Positions 41,463-51,672 of a stretch of 64,000 nucleotides of DNA are shown here, piece after piece; within the stretch, counting starts at the first letter, position 1; every line of letters begins with the position of its first letter. Location of the stretch: the NCBI GenBank assembly GCA_963693055.1, contig OY843751.1, positions 6,336,001 through 6,400,000 on the forward strand. Reading direction: 5' to 3'. The notes below the pieces were generated by a model. The model worked only from the letters and a program-made list of their open reading frames with translations, was not told where the DNA came from and did not search any database. The position numbers were made by a program, and so were the translations under genes. The stretch is from a bacterium. GTDB taxonomy: Bacteria > Zhuqueibacterota > Zhuqueibacteria > Residuimicrobiales > Krinioviventaceae.

Positions 41463-42641
41463 TTACCACTTTATTGCATCATTGGGTCTAAGTGCATGTG
41501 CGGGAAGCGGTACATCTTTAGTAAAAACATGCATGTTTTCATTTTTTTCAATGGTTACGTTGCTTTCATCAATTTCACCTTTGGCATTCTGCACTTTGTT
41601 AATGTCCATATCCAGATATTTTGCCATAAAATGATACATGGGTTTGCGTTTCGAAAAGCCATAGTCATGCCCTTCATTCGGAATGTGTGTGTGATGTACG
41701 CGGTCTTTAGCATTGTAGAGTGAATAAATTTCACGAATGTGAGGATATTCTACGTCAGGTGTGTTTTTAGTCCAGTCTTCACCATCAGAAACAAGAAGCA
41801 AGGGTCTGGGAGCTGCCAGTGCTGCAATTTCAACATTGTTTGTTTCATGGCAGTTGCTTTTATGAATGGGCATGCCGCTTTCACATACACAGCCACCAAA
41901 GAAATATGCAGATACCATAACAATGGGGGCAGAAACTGCTACACGGTCATCTATTGCGGTAAGCAGAAAAGTTTGTGTGCCGCCACCTGACGCCCCTGTT
42001 ACACCAATTCGTTCCGGATCAATTTCGTCGAGAGTAAGCAAGAAATCGAGAACACGGATACTGTTCCATATCTGTAGTTTTAATGTTTCAGGGCTTTTGT
42101 GAGTCCAGCCATATTTTTGCATTTCGCCATAACCTACCATGTCAATTGACATCACCACGGCACCCATTTTTGCCAGGGTTGCGCAACGATACTGCATATC
42201 GGGACGATAGCGGCCATAATTGTCTTCATCTCCCCAGTGGCCATGAGGACAAATGATACCGGCAAGTTTGCCTTTGTATTCGGAAGGTTTGTACAGACTG
42301 CCGGTTACAAAAACACCGGGTCTGCTTTCTATTGCTACATTAACAACTGTATATCCGTCATATTCGCGTGGATTGGAGTAAATGGGGTTTAGTGGGGTTT
42401 TTTCGGGCATGGGGTCTAACCCGGCTCCATCGAGTATGCCTTGTTTGATGATACCTGCACGAAATTTCCATTGAGTCAAAGTGGTGTAAAGTGATTTCCA
42501 TTCTTCAAGTTTTGCTTTTGCTTCACTTTCTGTAAAATAAGCTCCCTGACACAACAGGGATTCGGGTTCTTTTTCGGGGGGGAAGGAATAAACGGGTTGA
42601 ACAGTAATAGCGATCAGGAAAAGTAATACGATTTTTTTCAT
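41463..42641 (-). CDS. Secreted alpha/beta hydrolase (acetylxylan-esterase-like)
   Basis: CPHGH, nucleophile elbow TGASGGGTQT, APRPLL, EGHDYG. Confidence 0.85.
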   Translation of the reverse strand: MKKIVLLFLIAITVQPVYSFPPEKEPESLLCQGAYFTESEAKAKLEEWKSLYTTLTQWKFRAGIIKQGILDGAGLDPMPEKTPLNPIYSNPREYDGYTVVNVAIESRPGVFVTGSLYKPSEYKGKLAGIICPHGHWGDEDNYGRYRPDMQYRCATLAKMGAVVMSIDMVGYGEMQKYGWTHKSPETLKLQIWNSIRVLDFLLTLDEIDPERIGVTGASGGGTQTFLLTAIDDRVAVSAPIVMVSAYFFGGCVCESGMPIHKSNCHETNNVEIAALAAPRPLLLVSDGEDWTKNTPDVEYPHIREIYSLYNAKDRVHHTHIPNEGHDYGFSKRKPMYHFMAKYLDMDINKVQNAKGEIDESNVTIEKNENMHVFTKDVPLPAHALRPNDAIKW

Positions 42642-42806
42642 TTCAAAGCTTCTCCAAATAAAGTAAATCACCACTTTAATAATTCGTAATTAAACGCTTT
42701 TCTGAATAACATGCAAGCCATAAAATGAATTTATTTATTTTGCAGGTTTGGATTGTCGGAATTTTTATAAAAAGAGATATTGTTATGAAAAAGTTCGAGG
42801 TGTATT

Positions 42807-43653
42807 ATGATTAAACGTATACTGTTGCCATTGGATAATTCACAGTATGCGGACGATGCAATCGAATTGGGGAGTGTAATTGCCCGCAAATTGGATGCTG
42901 AATTGACCGGTCTGGTAATTCTGGATATAACCGGCATTGAGCGGTCCATGGGTCTTGTGCCTGTAGGGGCTATTCATTATGCTGAAAAGATTGAAAAGTC
43001 AATAATTCGGAATACAGAAGACCCTATAAATGATCTGCTAGCCCGATTTGAAAAAAATGTATTCACAGCAAGGTCCGCTTTCGAAAAGAAGAAACCCAAG
43101 GGAGTCCTGTTGAGAGAATTATTCATGAATCCTTTTTTTATGATGCTATTATAATGGGAATGAAAACTTTATATCAATTTGGTTCAAAAACAAAACATGG
43201 AGAATCTGGTGGAAAAATCCTGGGCCATATGGTAACTCTGGTTTATCAGGTTCCTCATGAATTGGATCTGGCATCCTTAAACAAGGATAAATTTAATGTA
43301 CTCATTGCCTATAATGAAAGTCGTCCTGCATCACGAGGATTACATCGTTTTACGTAATTAGAGATGAACGATTTTTTCAATATAACTGTACTTTTTTCAC
43401 ATGATGTAGAAAAAGAAGCAAAATACCTGCTTGACCAGGTGGAAGTGTTTTTAGCTGTCATGGGTATACCGATGTTGAGATGATATGAACAGAAGAAGAT
43501 ATTATTGAATCGATTGACAGTAAACATTTTGAGAAAACGGATTTTATTATAGCGGGAACACATTCAAAAAGTAATTTGTTCGATTTCAGGTTGGGTAGTT
43601 TGGCAAAGCATCTGATAAAATTAGAAAAAAAGCCCGTGTTTTTATATCAATAG
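42807..43653 (+). pseudogene. Tandem-domain universal stress protein pseudogene
   Basis: MIKRILLPLDNS start; frameshift at A7 43051-57; TAA 43355; frameshift near 43450; TGA 43486; final frame ends DFIIAGTHSKS..LGSLAKHLI..KPVFLYQ-stop. Confidence 0.85.
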
Positions 43654-43655
43654 TT

Positions 43656-44309
43656 TTACTCGTTCAATGTTCTGATGCGTATTTCTTTAAAGTACCATAT
43701 GCTACTGGGATCATGTGCTTGTATAGCGAAGGTACCTCCTGTTGGATTGAGCAGTCGTTGTTTTCTTTTCCATGAGCGTTTGGGGTGTGACGGTTCTGTA
43801 TAGTCAACAACTGTAGTACTGTCGAGATTGACGGTTATGTGTTTGTCGTTGACCGTAATTTTTACCTTGAACCATTGGGTGTCATCGACAGGACAGCTTT
43901 CAATATCCAGAACATCATAAAGGCTGCCGGTTTTACGTTTATCTTTGGGGGTATTGTTCAACTGAATTTCATACCCATTTTTTAAGAGGGTCCACCATTT
44001 CAGGTCGCGGTTTGTATGAATAAAGATTCCGGAATTGGAGTGGCTTTCCCCTTTACAGACAACAACCAACTCGAAATTTTTATAAAGAGGCAGAGAATCC
44101 GGATAGGAGCCGGTATAAATCAGGTGGTCCATTCCTTTTTTGCTGTTGGCTATTAATAAACCGTTTTCGAGTACAAAAGATTCCGGATGTTTTATTGCCT
44201 GCCAGCCTTCAATGGATGTACCGTCAAATAAAAAGGTCCAGTCACTGCTGTCATTGGCAGTGACGGACCCGATAATACACAATAATAAAAATAGAATAAA
44301 ATGTTTCAT
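43656..44309 (-). CDS. DUF1080 (3-keto-disaccharide hydrolase-like) secreted protein
   Basis: W..LFDG.S..GW, NSGIF, GYEIQ, TGSLY, AIQAH, FKEIRIR. Confidence 0.9.
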   Translation of the reverse strand: MKHFILFLLLCIIGSVTANDSSDWTFLFDGTSIEGWQAIKHPESFVLENGLLIANSKKGMDHLIYTGSYPDSLPLYKNFELVVVCKGESHSNSGIFIHTNRDLKWWTLLKNGYEIQLNNTPKDKRKTGSLYDVLDIESCPVDDTQWFKVKITVNDKHITVNLDSTTVVDYTEPSHPKRSWKRKQRLLNPTGGTFAIQAHDPSSIWYFKEIRIRTLNE

Positions 44310-44315
44310 GTCAGA

Positions 44316-45086
44316 TTATAATTTAGAAGCTGATGCCGCATCCAGATAGAGAACAGTGTTGGGATGTGTTCGTAGAATTGTAGCGGGACAAGCTGTGCCG
44401 ATAGGCGCATTGAGTGTGTTTTTAACAGCATTGGCTTTGCGTTCATCTGGCACTACGCAGCTTATGTATTTGCAGCGCATCATTGCAGGGATGGTCTGGC
44501 TGAGTGCGTGTGTTGGCACATCATCAAAAGTGGGGAACCAGCCTTCGCCCAACTGCTGTTTGCGACAGTCATCATCCAGCTCTACTACTTTGACCAGCTT
44601 GGGATCATCAAAATCCGCAACAGGAGGATCATTAAAGGCTATATGTCCGTTTTCACCAATACCTATACAGGCGCAGTCAACCTCGTGCTGTTTGAGAAGG
44701 TCTTCGTAGCGTTGCGCTTCGGCATCAGCGTCTGGAGCATCTCCATTGAGAAAATGGATAGCTTTGGGAGAAACATGGTCAAGTATCCGTTCTTTCAGGT
44801 ATTTTACAAAACTTGCCGGATGCTGATCAGACATACCTACATATTCATCCAGATGAAAGACCGTGATTTTGGGCCAATCGAGTTCTTTATCCTTGAATGC
44901 TTCTATAAATGAAAACTGGGAAGCGCCGGTTGCCAGAATCAGGGTTGCATGACCTTTTTCAGCAATAGCTACTTTTAATACCTCGGTTACTTTTTCTGCG
45001 GCAGCCTGCCCCATTATTTTAGTATCGTTATAAATTTCCACATTCAGTTTTTCAACCGTCATTGATTTGTCAGGTTTTTGTGACAT
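44316..45086 (-). CDS. nagB: Glucosamine-6-phosphate deaminase family
   Basis: LATGAS, FHLDEY, HPASF, GIGENGHIAFNDP. Confidence 0.85.
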   Translation of the reverse strand: MSQKPDKSMTVEKLNVEIYNDTKIMGQAAAEKVTEVLKVAIAEKGHATLILATGASQFSFIEAFKDKELDWPKITVFHLDEYVGMSDQHPASFVKYLKERILDHVSPKAIHFLNGDAPDADAEAQRYEDLLKQHEVDCACIGIGENGHIAFNDPPVADFDDPKLVKVVELDDDCRKQQLGEGWFPTFDDVPTHALSQTIPAMMRCKYISCVVPDERKANAVKNTLNAPIGTACPATILRTHPNTVLYLDAASASKL

Positions 45087-45110
45087 TCTACAAGATCTCC
45101 TGTTCAGCGT

Positions 45111-46340
45111 TTATTGTTCATAGACCACATGGCCATTTACTATGGTCTTTTTAATATTTACTTTATAATCATCAATGGTGAACAAGATGATATCCGCGCG
45201 TTTGCCGGTTTCCAAAACACCACGGTCATCCAGTCCGTACAAGTTGGCCTGATTGGTGCTCGCCATCTGGATAGCCTCTTGCAAACTGCATCCGGTTACT
45301 TTTATAATGTGACCCACTCCTTTGGTGATAGGAGATGCAGAACCATACAGTACTTTTTGTGCAGGATAATGCAGCAGTCCTTCAGGGGTGAGTTCAATGG
45401 TTTCACCATGAGGGGTTTTATATTCACCCGGAGGTAGGGCGGCATAGCTGGTAACATCCGAAGTAATCATCGTTCTGTTTGTACCCTTGGCTCTCCAAAA
45501 GGTTTTGATTTCTTCGGGACGCAGATGAAATCCGTCACAGATGATGCTAATCATTAAACGGTCGTCAGCCAACTGCGGCCACAGGGGATTGTTGTGGCGA
45601 TTGATCATGTTTGCGCAACCATTACCCAGGTGAGTACAGGTTGCGGCGCCAAGATCTGCGGCTTGTTTTACCTGATCGGCATTTCCATTATGGTGCCCCA
45701 GTGCAACCAGAATGTTGTTCATGCTGCATTGTTTGATAAAATCCATTGCGCCGTCAATCTCGGGTGCAACGGTAACCTGTATGATGGTTCCTTTTGCAGC
45801 TTTTTGGTATTTGGAGAATTCATCCCAATCCGGTAAGCGCACAAATTGTTTGGGATGTGCGCCACGGAATCCGTCAATGGGTGAAATATAAGGACCTTCC
45901 ACATGGATACCGGGAATGGTGCCATAATGTTTGGGATCATTAACAGCGTCGGCAATGACGGGCAGGTTTGCCATAAAAACCTCATCGCTGTTTGTGGTTA
46001 CAGTGGGCATGTAGGTGGTAACCCCATCTTTCCACAAGGCTTTGGTGGCTTTACGGATACCATCCAGTGTAAGTTCGCCTCCTGCAAAAGCAAAAGAAAC
46101 ACCGGCGTAACCGTTGATCTGGTTGTCAAACAGTCCGGGTGCAATGTAGATATTTGCGGAACCGTCAAGTTTTTCTTTACGGGTAATATTTGTGATCACA
46201 CCGTCTTTGAACGTGATATCGACGGGTGACATGTCCATATAAAACAGGCCTTCAACGGTCATTTCCTTTGCGTCCTTGGCTGTTAAGGGTTGAATGGTAA
46301 TACATATTAAAGTAATAAAAAGAATTATGCGGTTCAGCAT
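45111..46340 (-). CDS. nagA: N-acetylglucosamine-6-phosphate deacetylase family with apparent signal peptide
   Basis: PGLFDNQING, HVEGP, GAH, VAPE, GHH, THLGNG, DG.HL, GKRAD. Confidence 0.85.
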   Translation of the reverse strand: MLNRIILFITLICITIQPLTAKDAKEMTVEGLFYMDMSPVDITFKDGVITNITRKEKLDGSANIYIAPGLFDNQINGYAGVSFAFAGGELTLDGIRKATKALWKDGVTTYMPTVTTNSDEVFMANLPVIADAVNDPKHYGTIPGIHVEGPYISPIDGFRGAHPKQFVRLPDWDEFSKYQKAAKGTIIQVTVAPEIDGAMDFIKQCSMNNILVALGHHNGNADQVKQAADLGAATCTHLGNGCANMINRHNNPLWPQLADDRLMISIICDGFHLRPEEIKTFWRAKGTNRTMITSDVTSYAALPPGEYKTPHGETIELTPEGLLHYPAQKVLYGSASPITKGVGHIIKVTGCSLQEAIQMASTNQANLYGLDDRGVLETGKRADIILFTIDDYKVNIKKTIVNGHVVYEQ

Positions 46341-46478
46341 GAATACCTCCGAAATTCAATACAAGAGCATATAAAGAAAATTGATATTGTATCATAAACA
46401 AATTTGCTGAAAATGTCAATTGGAAAAATTACCAGAAGGTTTGGATTGGTGCTTTTCAAAGAAAAATAGATATTGATT

Positions 46479-46643
46479 TTAAGGGTATTTAAGTTCCCGG
46501 ATTTCCCGAATGATATCAACAATTTCGTCCCGTTTGATGTCTGTGTCCACACCCGGTACATCGAGAGGGTAAATAGGTACCGGGCCAGGCAGATTTTTTT
46601 GGACTTGCCCTTTCCACTTATCATCTTTGTTGTAGGTATTCAT
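46479..46643 (-). pseudogene. Small ORF resembling the C-terminal half of a Phd/YefM-type antitoxin
   Basis: PLDVPGVDTDIKRDEIVDIIREIRE resembles the recalled family tail; the N-terminal DNA-binding core and a toxin gene are absent. Confidence 0.45.
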
Positions 46644-46645
46644 AT

Positions 46646-49600
46646 TTATCTTACCAATGCCATACGTTTGTTTATACTTACATCCCCACATTTGATGGTA
46701 ACGATATATACTCCGCTTGGAGAAGAGAGGCCCTGGTTATCAAGTCCGTGCCAAGTCAGGTTGTGCTGCCCGACAGTGTAGCGGGTATTACACAAGGATT
46801 TGATATGCTGTCCTAAAACATTATAGATATTGATCTCTACATGGTCCGTTTTGCCCAGTTCGAATGCAATATTGACTGTGGGATTTGCAGGATTGGGATA
46901 CATACCCAGCAGGTTAAAGGAGAGGGGCGGTTTGGAATCGGTACTCTCGATCTCTGTTAACGGATTGTTGTATGCATCCAGGAACGGAATAAAGTTTACT
47001 TTGCCGAGCGAGTTGATTTCGGATTGGTCTAGGATCATATTATCTACGGATGTAGAATCTTCGGGTCCCCAGTAGGTGTAGGGCAGGTCAATAGCAAAGG
47101 GTGAACTGTTGATGAATTGGTATTCGTTGTTATATATTTCATTAGATTGATTAATATTTCCGGGTGGAATAATAAATTGTCTATTTGCTACAACATCGTT
47201 CGGGCAATCATAATAAACGCCTGCATCACCATTTGAATAAATTTTATTGTTTGTAAAGGATTCAATATAAGCATTGGAAATAGATATTCCACGATTTGCA
47301 AAATTGCTAATGACATTGTTTTTCAAAGTTAAATGTCCATTGGAGAAATACGTATAAATATTAAGACCGTCATATAATATATCAGACTCTTCATTGTTTA
47401 CTGGGAAATTGGTTTCGCCAGCAGGGATATATGTTCCCCATACCGCAATGGATGTTTTATGATTAGTAAAGTTGCCTACAGTTCGACTGCCCCCTGTTTC
47501 CAGTTTTAGATGGCCACCGTCCAATGTTTTTATAACCAGGGTATGCCCCCATTCCAGATTTGCATTTGTTGTGTAACCGGAGGCTGGAACTGTAGTCACA
47601 TCCTGGAAAGGTAATTTGGTATCGGTTACAGCTCTGCGTGTACCTGTTGATAATTTTATAATGCCCAGGCTTGGATTAACAGTTGATAACCATGCGTCAG
47701 CCTGCTCACCGTCTCTCAATATTACCCCGGTTTTGCCCACCAAACCTTCTTTAACACCTGCATCTGTGTCTTTCCAAAGAACATAAAAACGTTTTTTGAT
47801 TCCATGGGGTTTCCCGGTTCCAATCAAAGTATTGTCGATAAACTGGAGAGAGTTTGTTCTCGATTTAAAACCACTTGTTATATTTATTGCATAATTATTA
47901 ATGATTTTCCCAATACCCATCAAAAATCCAAGGGATTTGAGGGTATTATATTTGTTGTTTTCAATTCTAAAGGTAGAACCAGAAAAATATATACCTTCAT
48001 TTACCCTATCAAACTCACAATTTTCAACCACCAGAATATCTGAGGCCACTTTAATCCCATAGTTTTGGCAGTCTGTTATGTGACAATTTTTAATATAAAC
48101 ATTATCACTCCGCTCATACTCTATAGCAGTTTTTGCAAAAGAAAAATTACAATATTTAAACTCTGAATTCTCAGAGCTGGTTAGTATTCCATTCCAATAC
48201 CCTGATTCCGAATCAGGATAAATTGATGTAAACGTTATAGGATTCTCTAATGTACCAATTGCTTTTATTGCACTGGCAATTTCTATAGTGATATTTGTAT
48301 CACATTTGACAACCACACCTGGTTCAATGGTTAATTTTTTTTTATTATTGTAATACAAATCCTGACAAATAATAAAGGGTGATTGATCTATAGTAATTGT
48401 ATTGGATACTAGTTTGCTGGCAACACCTACTCCATGTAGTAATATGTCTATTTCTTTATTATTTAATTTGTTTGTTGTTATTCTGAAATGAGCTGTGTCA
48501 TGATTTAACGCCATCGGTGAATATGTTATGGGTATCTTGACACTGTCATTTGGGTATACATATTGTATTGAATCAGTTTTGCAAGTAAATGGGTGCTGTA
48601 AAGTTGTTAGAGGTAGTGTTAATACAAGGGTTGCAGGGCCTGTATTTTTAATTTTAAATGATTTTGATGCCAGAGTAGTAATTTTGACACTGTCATAATT
48701 AATTTCTGTTGTATTTATATTATAATCGGGTAAAGATGTTGTAGCTTCAGCCGTATTGCCATAGTACCCCAAATTGCACATGTCTCCATTGGGATAAGGT
48801 TCATTTGAATAATCCGAATTGATTGCTCCGGCATCGATACACGGGGAGTTGGCAGCGAGATGAAAATTGTTATTTCCCGGATCAAGCAATCGGGGATTCA
48901 GATCAAAGTTGAATTGGCGTGTGTCAAAAGAGCTATCTTGTTTGGAGTCATAGCCCTGAATACAATTATTGTTCAACTTTGCATTATATCCAATAAACAG
49001 AGTACCCTGATTATTGTAGATGATATTATTATATATTGAACCTAAATGGATTTCTAAAGATTTGTTATTTCGTTCAGAGTTGTTATTATATATAGTATTA
49101 TTGTAAAAACAATTTTCATTATATCTTGAGAAGATAGTGTTCACATTTTGACCCTGATTGTTAAGTATTAGATTGTTATAGATGCTTCCTTTAGATGAGG
49201 AAAAGTGTATAGCTCCTGTAGTAAAATTATTATTTGAATGGATACATTGATTGTTTTCGATTTTATTGAATGCTATCAGGGCTTTGTTGCTATATAAACA
49301 AATACCACCACCACCGCTGCCACCATCCCCAACGTTATATTGGAAAATGTTGTTGAAAATTTCTGCCTCGGCTTTATGTACAAATAATCCTCCACACCCT
49401 TTTTCTTCACGAGTGACCGTAACAGTATTATTGTGAATATGAGAATGAGTTATAGAGAGTTCTGTAAAATATGCAAATATGGCCCCACCGAGAGATTCCA
49501 GATCATCCCCTGTTGAACAGCAATTTTCTATAATACAATAATCGATTTCGGAAGGTTCCGGTTTACTCATACCCCAAAATTTAATCCCTTTCCAAACACT

Positions 49601-49873
49601 GTCCGCATTTGAAGAACTAAATAATATGCTGTCGCTTTCAGTGCCCTGTGCCAACAAGGTACCTTTGACATACAATTGGCTGTTGGGGGAAAATAATATT
49701 TCAACACCTGGCTCTATGTTTAATGTTGATCCTTCATTAACCAGAATATCACCCATTATTTGATATGGAGAAGATTCTTTGTTCCAGATCCCGCTTACAG
49801 GGCCTTGATTGATTATTGTTTCTGAAAATACGATAGACGTAAAAAAGCATAAAAATATAATCGTTTTTTTCAT
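46646..49873 (-). CDS. Large secreted right-handed beta-helix protein with Ig-like domain and T9SS/FlgD-like CTD
   Basis: SG.W...SPY.I.GD, IEPGV, GGGGI/N-ladder repeats, FHL..NSPCIDAG, YPNPANP..SGVY. Confidence 0.85.
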   Translation of the reverse strand: MKKTIIFLCFFTSIVFSETIINQGPVSGIWNKESSPYQIMGDILVNEGSTLNIEPGVEILFSPNSQLYVKGTLLAQGTESDSILFSSSNADSVWKGIKFWGMSKPEPSEIDYCIIENCCSTGDDLESLGGAIFAYFTELSITHSHIHNNTVTVTREEKGCGGLFVHKAEAEIFNNIFQYNVGDGGSGGGGICLYSNKALIAFNKIENNQCIHSNNNFTTGAIHFSSSKGSIYNNLILNNQGQNVNTIFSRYNENCFYNNTIYNNNSERNNKSLEIHLGSIYNNIIYNNQGTLFIGYNAKLNNNCIQGYDSKQDSSFDTRQFNFDLNPRLLDPGNNNFHLAANSPCIDAGAINSDYSNEPYPNGDMCNLGYYGNTAEATTSLPDYNINTTEINYDSVKITTLASKSFKIKNTGPATLVLTLPLTTLQHPFTCKTDSIQYVYPNDSVKIPITYSPMALNHDTAHFRITTNKLNNKEIDILLHGVGVASKLVSNTITIDQSPFIICQDLYYNNKKKLTIEPGVVVKCDTNITIEIASAIKAIGTLENPITFTSIYPDSESGYWNGILTSSENSEFKYCNFSFAKTAIEYERSDNVYIKNCHITDCQNYGIKVASDILVVENCEFDRVNEGIYFSGSTFRIENNKYNTLKSLGFLMGIGKIINNYAINITSGFKSRTNSLQFIDNTLIGTGKPHGIKKRFYVLWKDTDAGVKEGLVGKTGVILRDGEQADAWLSTVNPSLGIIKLSTGTRRAVTDTKLPFQDVTTVPASGYTTNANLEWGHTLVIKTLDGGHLKLETGGSRTVGNFTNHKTSIAVWGTYIPAGETNFPVNNEESDILYDGLNIYTYFSNGHLTLKNNVISNFANRGISISNAYIESFTNNKIYSNGDAGVYYDCPNDVVANRQFIIPPGNINQSNEIYNNEYQFINSSPFAIDLPYTYWGPEDSTSVDNMILDQSEINSLGKVNFIPFLDAYNNPLTEIESTDSKPPLSFNLLGMYPNPANPTVNIAFELGKTDHVEINIYNVLGQHIKSLCNTRYTVGQHNLTWHGLDNQGLSSPSGVYIVTIKCGDVSINKRMALVR

Positions 49874-50181
49874 TGGTCGTTCGCCCCTGGTTTGTTGAAT
49901 TGATTTTGTTGAAAACCCAGTATTTATACAAGGTAGTAAATACTCTTTTTTTAATCAAGGGAATAAGGGAGATGAATATTACTCTGATCAGGAGAAATGA
50001 TTTTCCCTGCCCCCATGAAGGGGTCAAATCTGATATGAGTATGTGCACTCAATTATGGAGAGCAGGTTTGGATACTATGCTATAAATTAGAATATTATTG
50101 TAAATAACCTTTTTTTTATCTATAATGGATTTGTTGTTTTTAAAAACGAGAAAATTTTTTAAAATGATTGGGGAGCTTTGA

Positions 50182-51303
50182 ATGCGATCTTTTATTATGT
50201 TGTTGATTTCCGTTTCTGTTTCCTTTGCTTATACCAACCTGACTCCTGAACAAGTATATTCACGCCTTGCAGCAAGGGATTCGCTGTTACTGTTGGATGT
50301 GCGTGAAGTGAGCGAATATACCAGCGGGCATATTGCTGAACCTGATGGAATACCGGTTCTGACTCCCGTAAACATGCCATGGTCAAGTGGCGTGCTTGAA
50401 AATAATAAAGATTTGTTGCCCGATGATATAGACATAATTGTATACTGTAAATCCGGCGGTCGAAGTGCGGCGGCTTCGGCATATCTGGAGGGAGCGGGAT
50501 TTACCCGTATCTCTAATATGACAGGTGGGTTTAACAGTTGGGCATACGAATCCCGTACCGGAGGATATGGCGACCACAGCGGTGAATGGGTCCATGCGGA
50601 TGATGACACGGTTACCATTGTTGCCAAAGATCAGGAAAGCAAATTGTACCTTACCGGAGCGGCCTTGCCGGAAATGGATTCGGTTTATGTTGAGCTGCAT
50701 CGGCTCAGTGCTGAATTTGCCCCGGAGGGTATTGTAGAATCTGATCTGTATGGCTTTCACAGGCTGACGGTGTTGGATGCTTTTGGTTTGCCACAATTCA
50801 CAAGCGATTCGCTCGCTTTGTCAGAAACAGCCGAGTTTCTGCTCTATGCGGAACCGAACGAGTTTTCGTCACTGCCGAGCGATGACAGGGTTTCGGTATT
50901 CAACCCTGGTGAAGGATGGCAGACCTTGGAGCACGAGCTGAATGGGATTGGATTTCATGTGGTGAACGATGTTTTGTACAAATATTATAATCTGGAAGGG
51001 TATTACGGTCCTTCAGCAGTAAATGATGCAAGCATTCCGGCAGCGTATCAACTTAAAGCCGCATATCCCAATCCTTTTAATCCGGTTACGAATATTGAAT
51101 TTTGTCTACCTGCTTTTGAGCATGTTACGTTAAAAGTCTATAATCCACAGGGGCAGCTTGTGCAAACTCTGATCGATGAACGCATGGGCAGTGGGAACCA
51201 CCATGCAACCTTTCAGGCCGGCAGTCTTGCCAGCGGGATTTATTTCTATCAATTACAAACGGATTCATATACACAAACCCGCAAGGTTGTGCTGGTGAGG
51301 TAG
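50182..51303 (+). CDS. Secreted rhodanese-domain protein with T9SS-type CTD
   Basis: Signal peptide, LLDVRE..EY..GHI, YCKSGGRS, GGFNSW, AYPNPFNP. Confidence 0.85.
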   Translation: MRSFIMLLISVSVSFAYTNLTPEQVYSRLAARDSLLLLDVREVSEYTSGHIAEPDGIPVLTPVNMPWSSGVLENNKDLLPDDIDIIVYCKSGGRSAAASAYLEGAGFTRISNMTGGFNSWAYESRTGGYGDHSGEWVHADDDTVTIVAKDQESKLYLTGAALPEMDSVYVELHRLSAEFAPEGIVESDLYGFHRLTVLDAFGLPQFTSDSLALSETAEFLLYAEPNEFSSLPSDDRVSVFNPGEGWQTLEHELNGIGFHVVNDVLYKYYNLEGYYGPSAVNDASIPAAYQLKAAYPNPFNPVTNIEFCLPAFEHVTLKVYNPQGQLVQTLIDERMGSGNHHATFQAGSLASGIYFYQLQTDSYTQTRKVVLVR

Positions 51304-51603
51304 AATCTCAACAGAATGTATTGTTAGGTTAAGCTAAGGATTTAAGAGGATACAAAATGGAAAAATAGTAGCTAATGGATAGTGATTTAGTTGCAGTAGT
51401 CTCTAATGGTGCTAATAAAAAGCCTTTACTGTTGCACTTTTTACTTGAACTTGGTAAAAAATTATCCTATGTACCAGATGTATGAAATGACGAAGCAGAT
51501 ATTTCAAGAATACTTGGAATTTAATGAAGAAACCTTTAATATAGATATTATTTTGTATTATATTAAAGGTAGGTTTTAATATAATACAAAAATACATGTT
51601 TAG

Positions 51604-51632
51604 ATCGTGGCAGAGATTGTCTCTGTCACGAT
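51604..51632 (-). terminator. Hairpin downstream of CDS 51673-52593
   Basis: ATCGTGGCAGAGA-ttg-TCTCTGTCACGAT. Confidence 0.55.
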
Positions 51633-51672
51633 TGTTGTAAATATATCTAAAGAAAAGTATATTTTGGGGCCT

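Noticed and set aside
43486-43488. In-frame TGA in the USP gene as selenocysteine
   Set aside because: The gene also carries frameshifts and a TAA; there is no redox motif or evident hairpin.
51340-51600. Short ORF-like stretches between the rhodanese gene and the next CTD gene
   Set aside because: AT-rich, short and without recognisable similarity; may be a remnant but cannot be supported.
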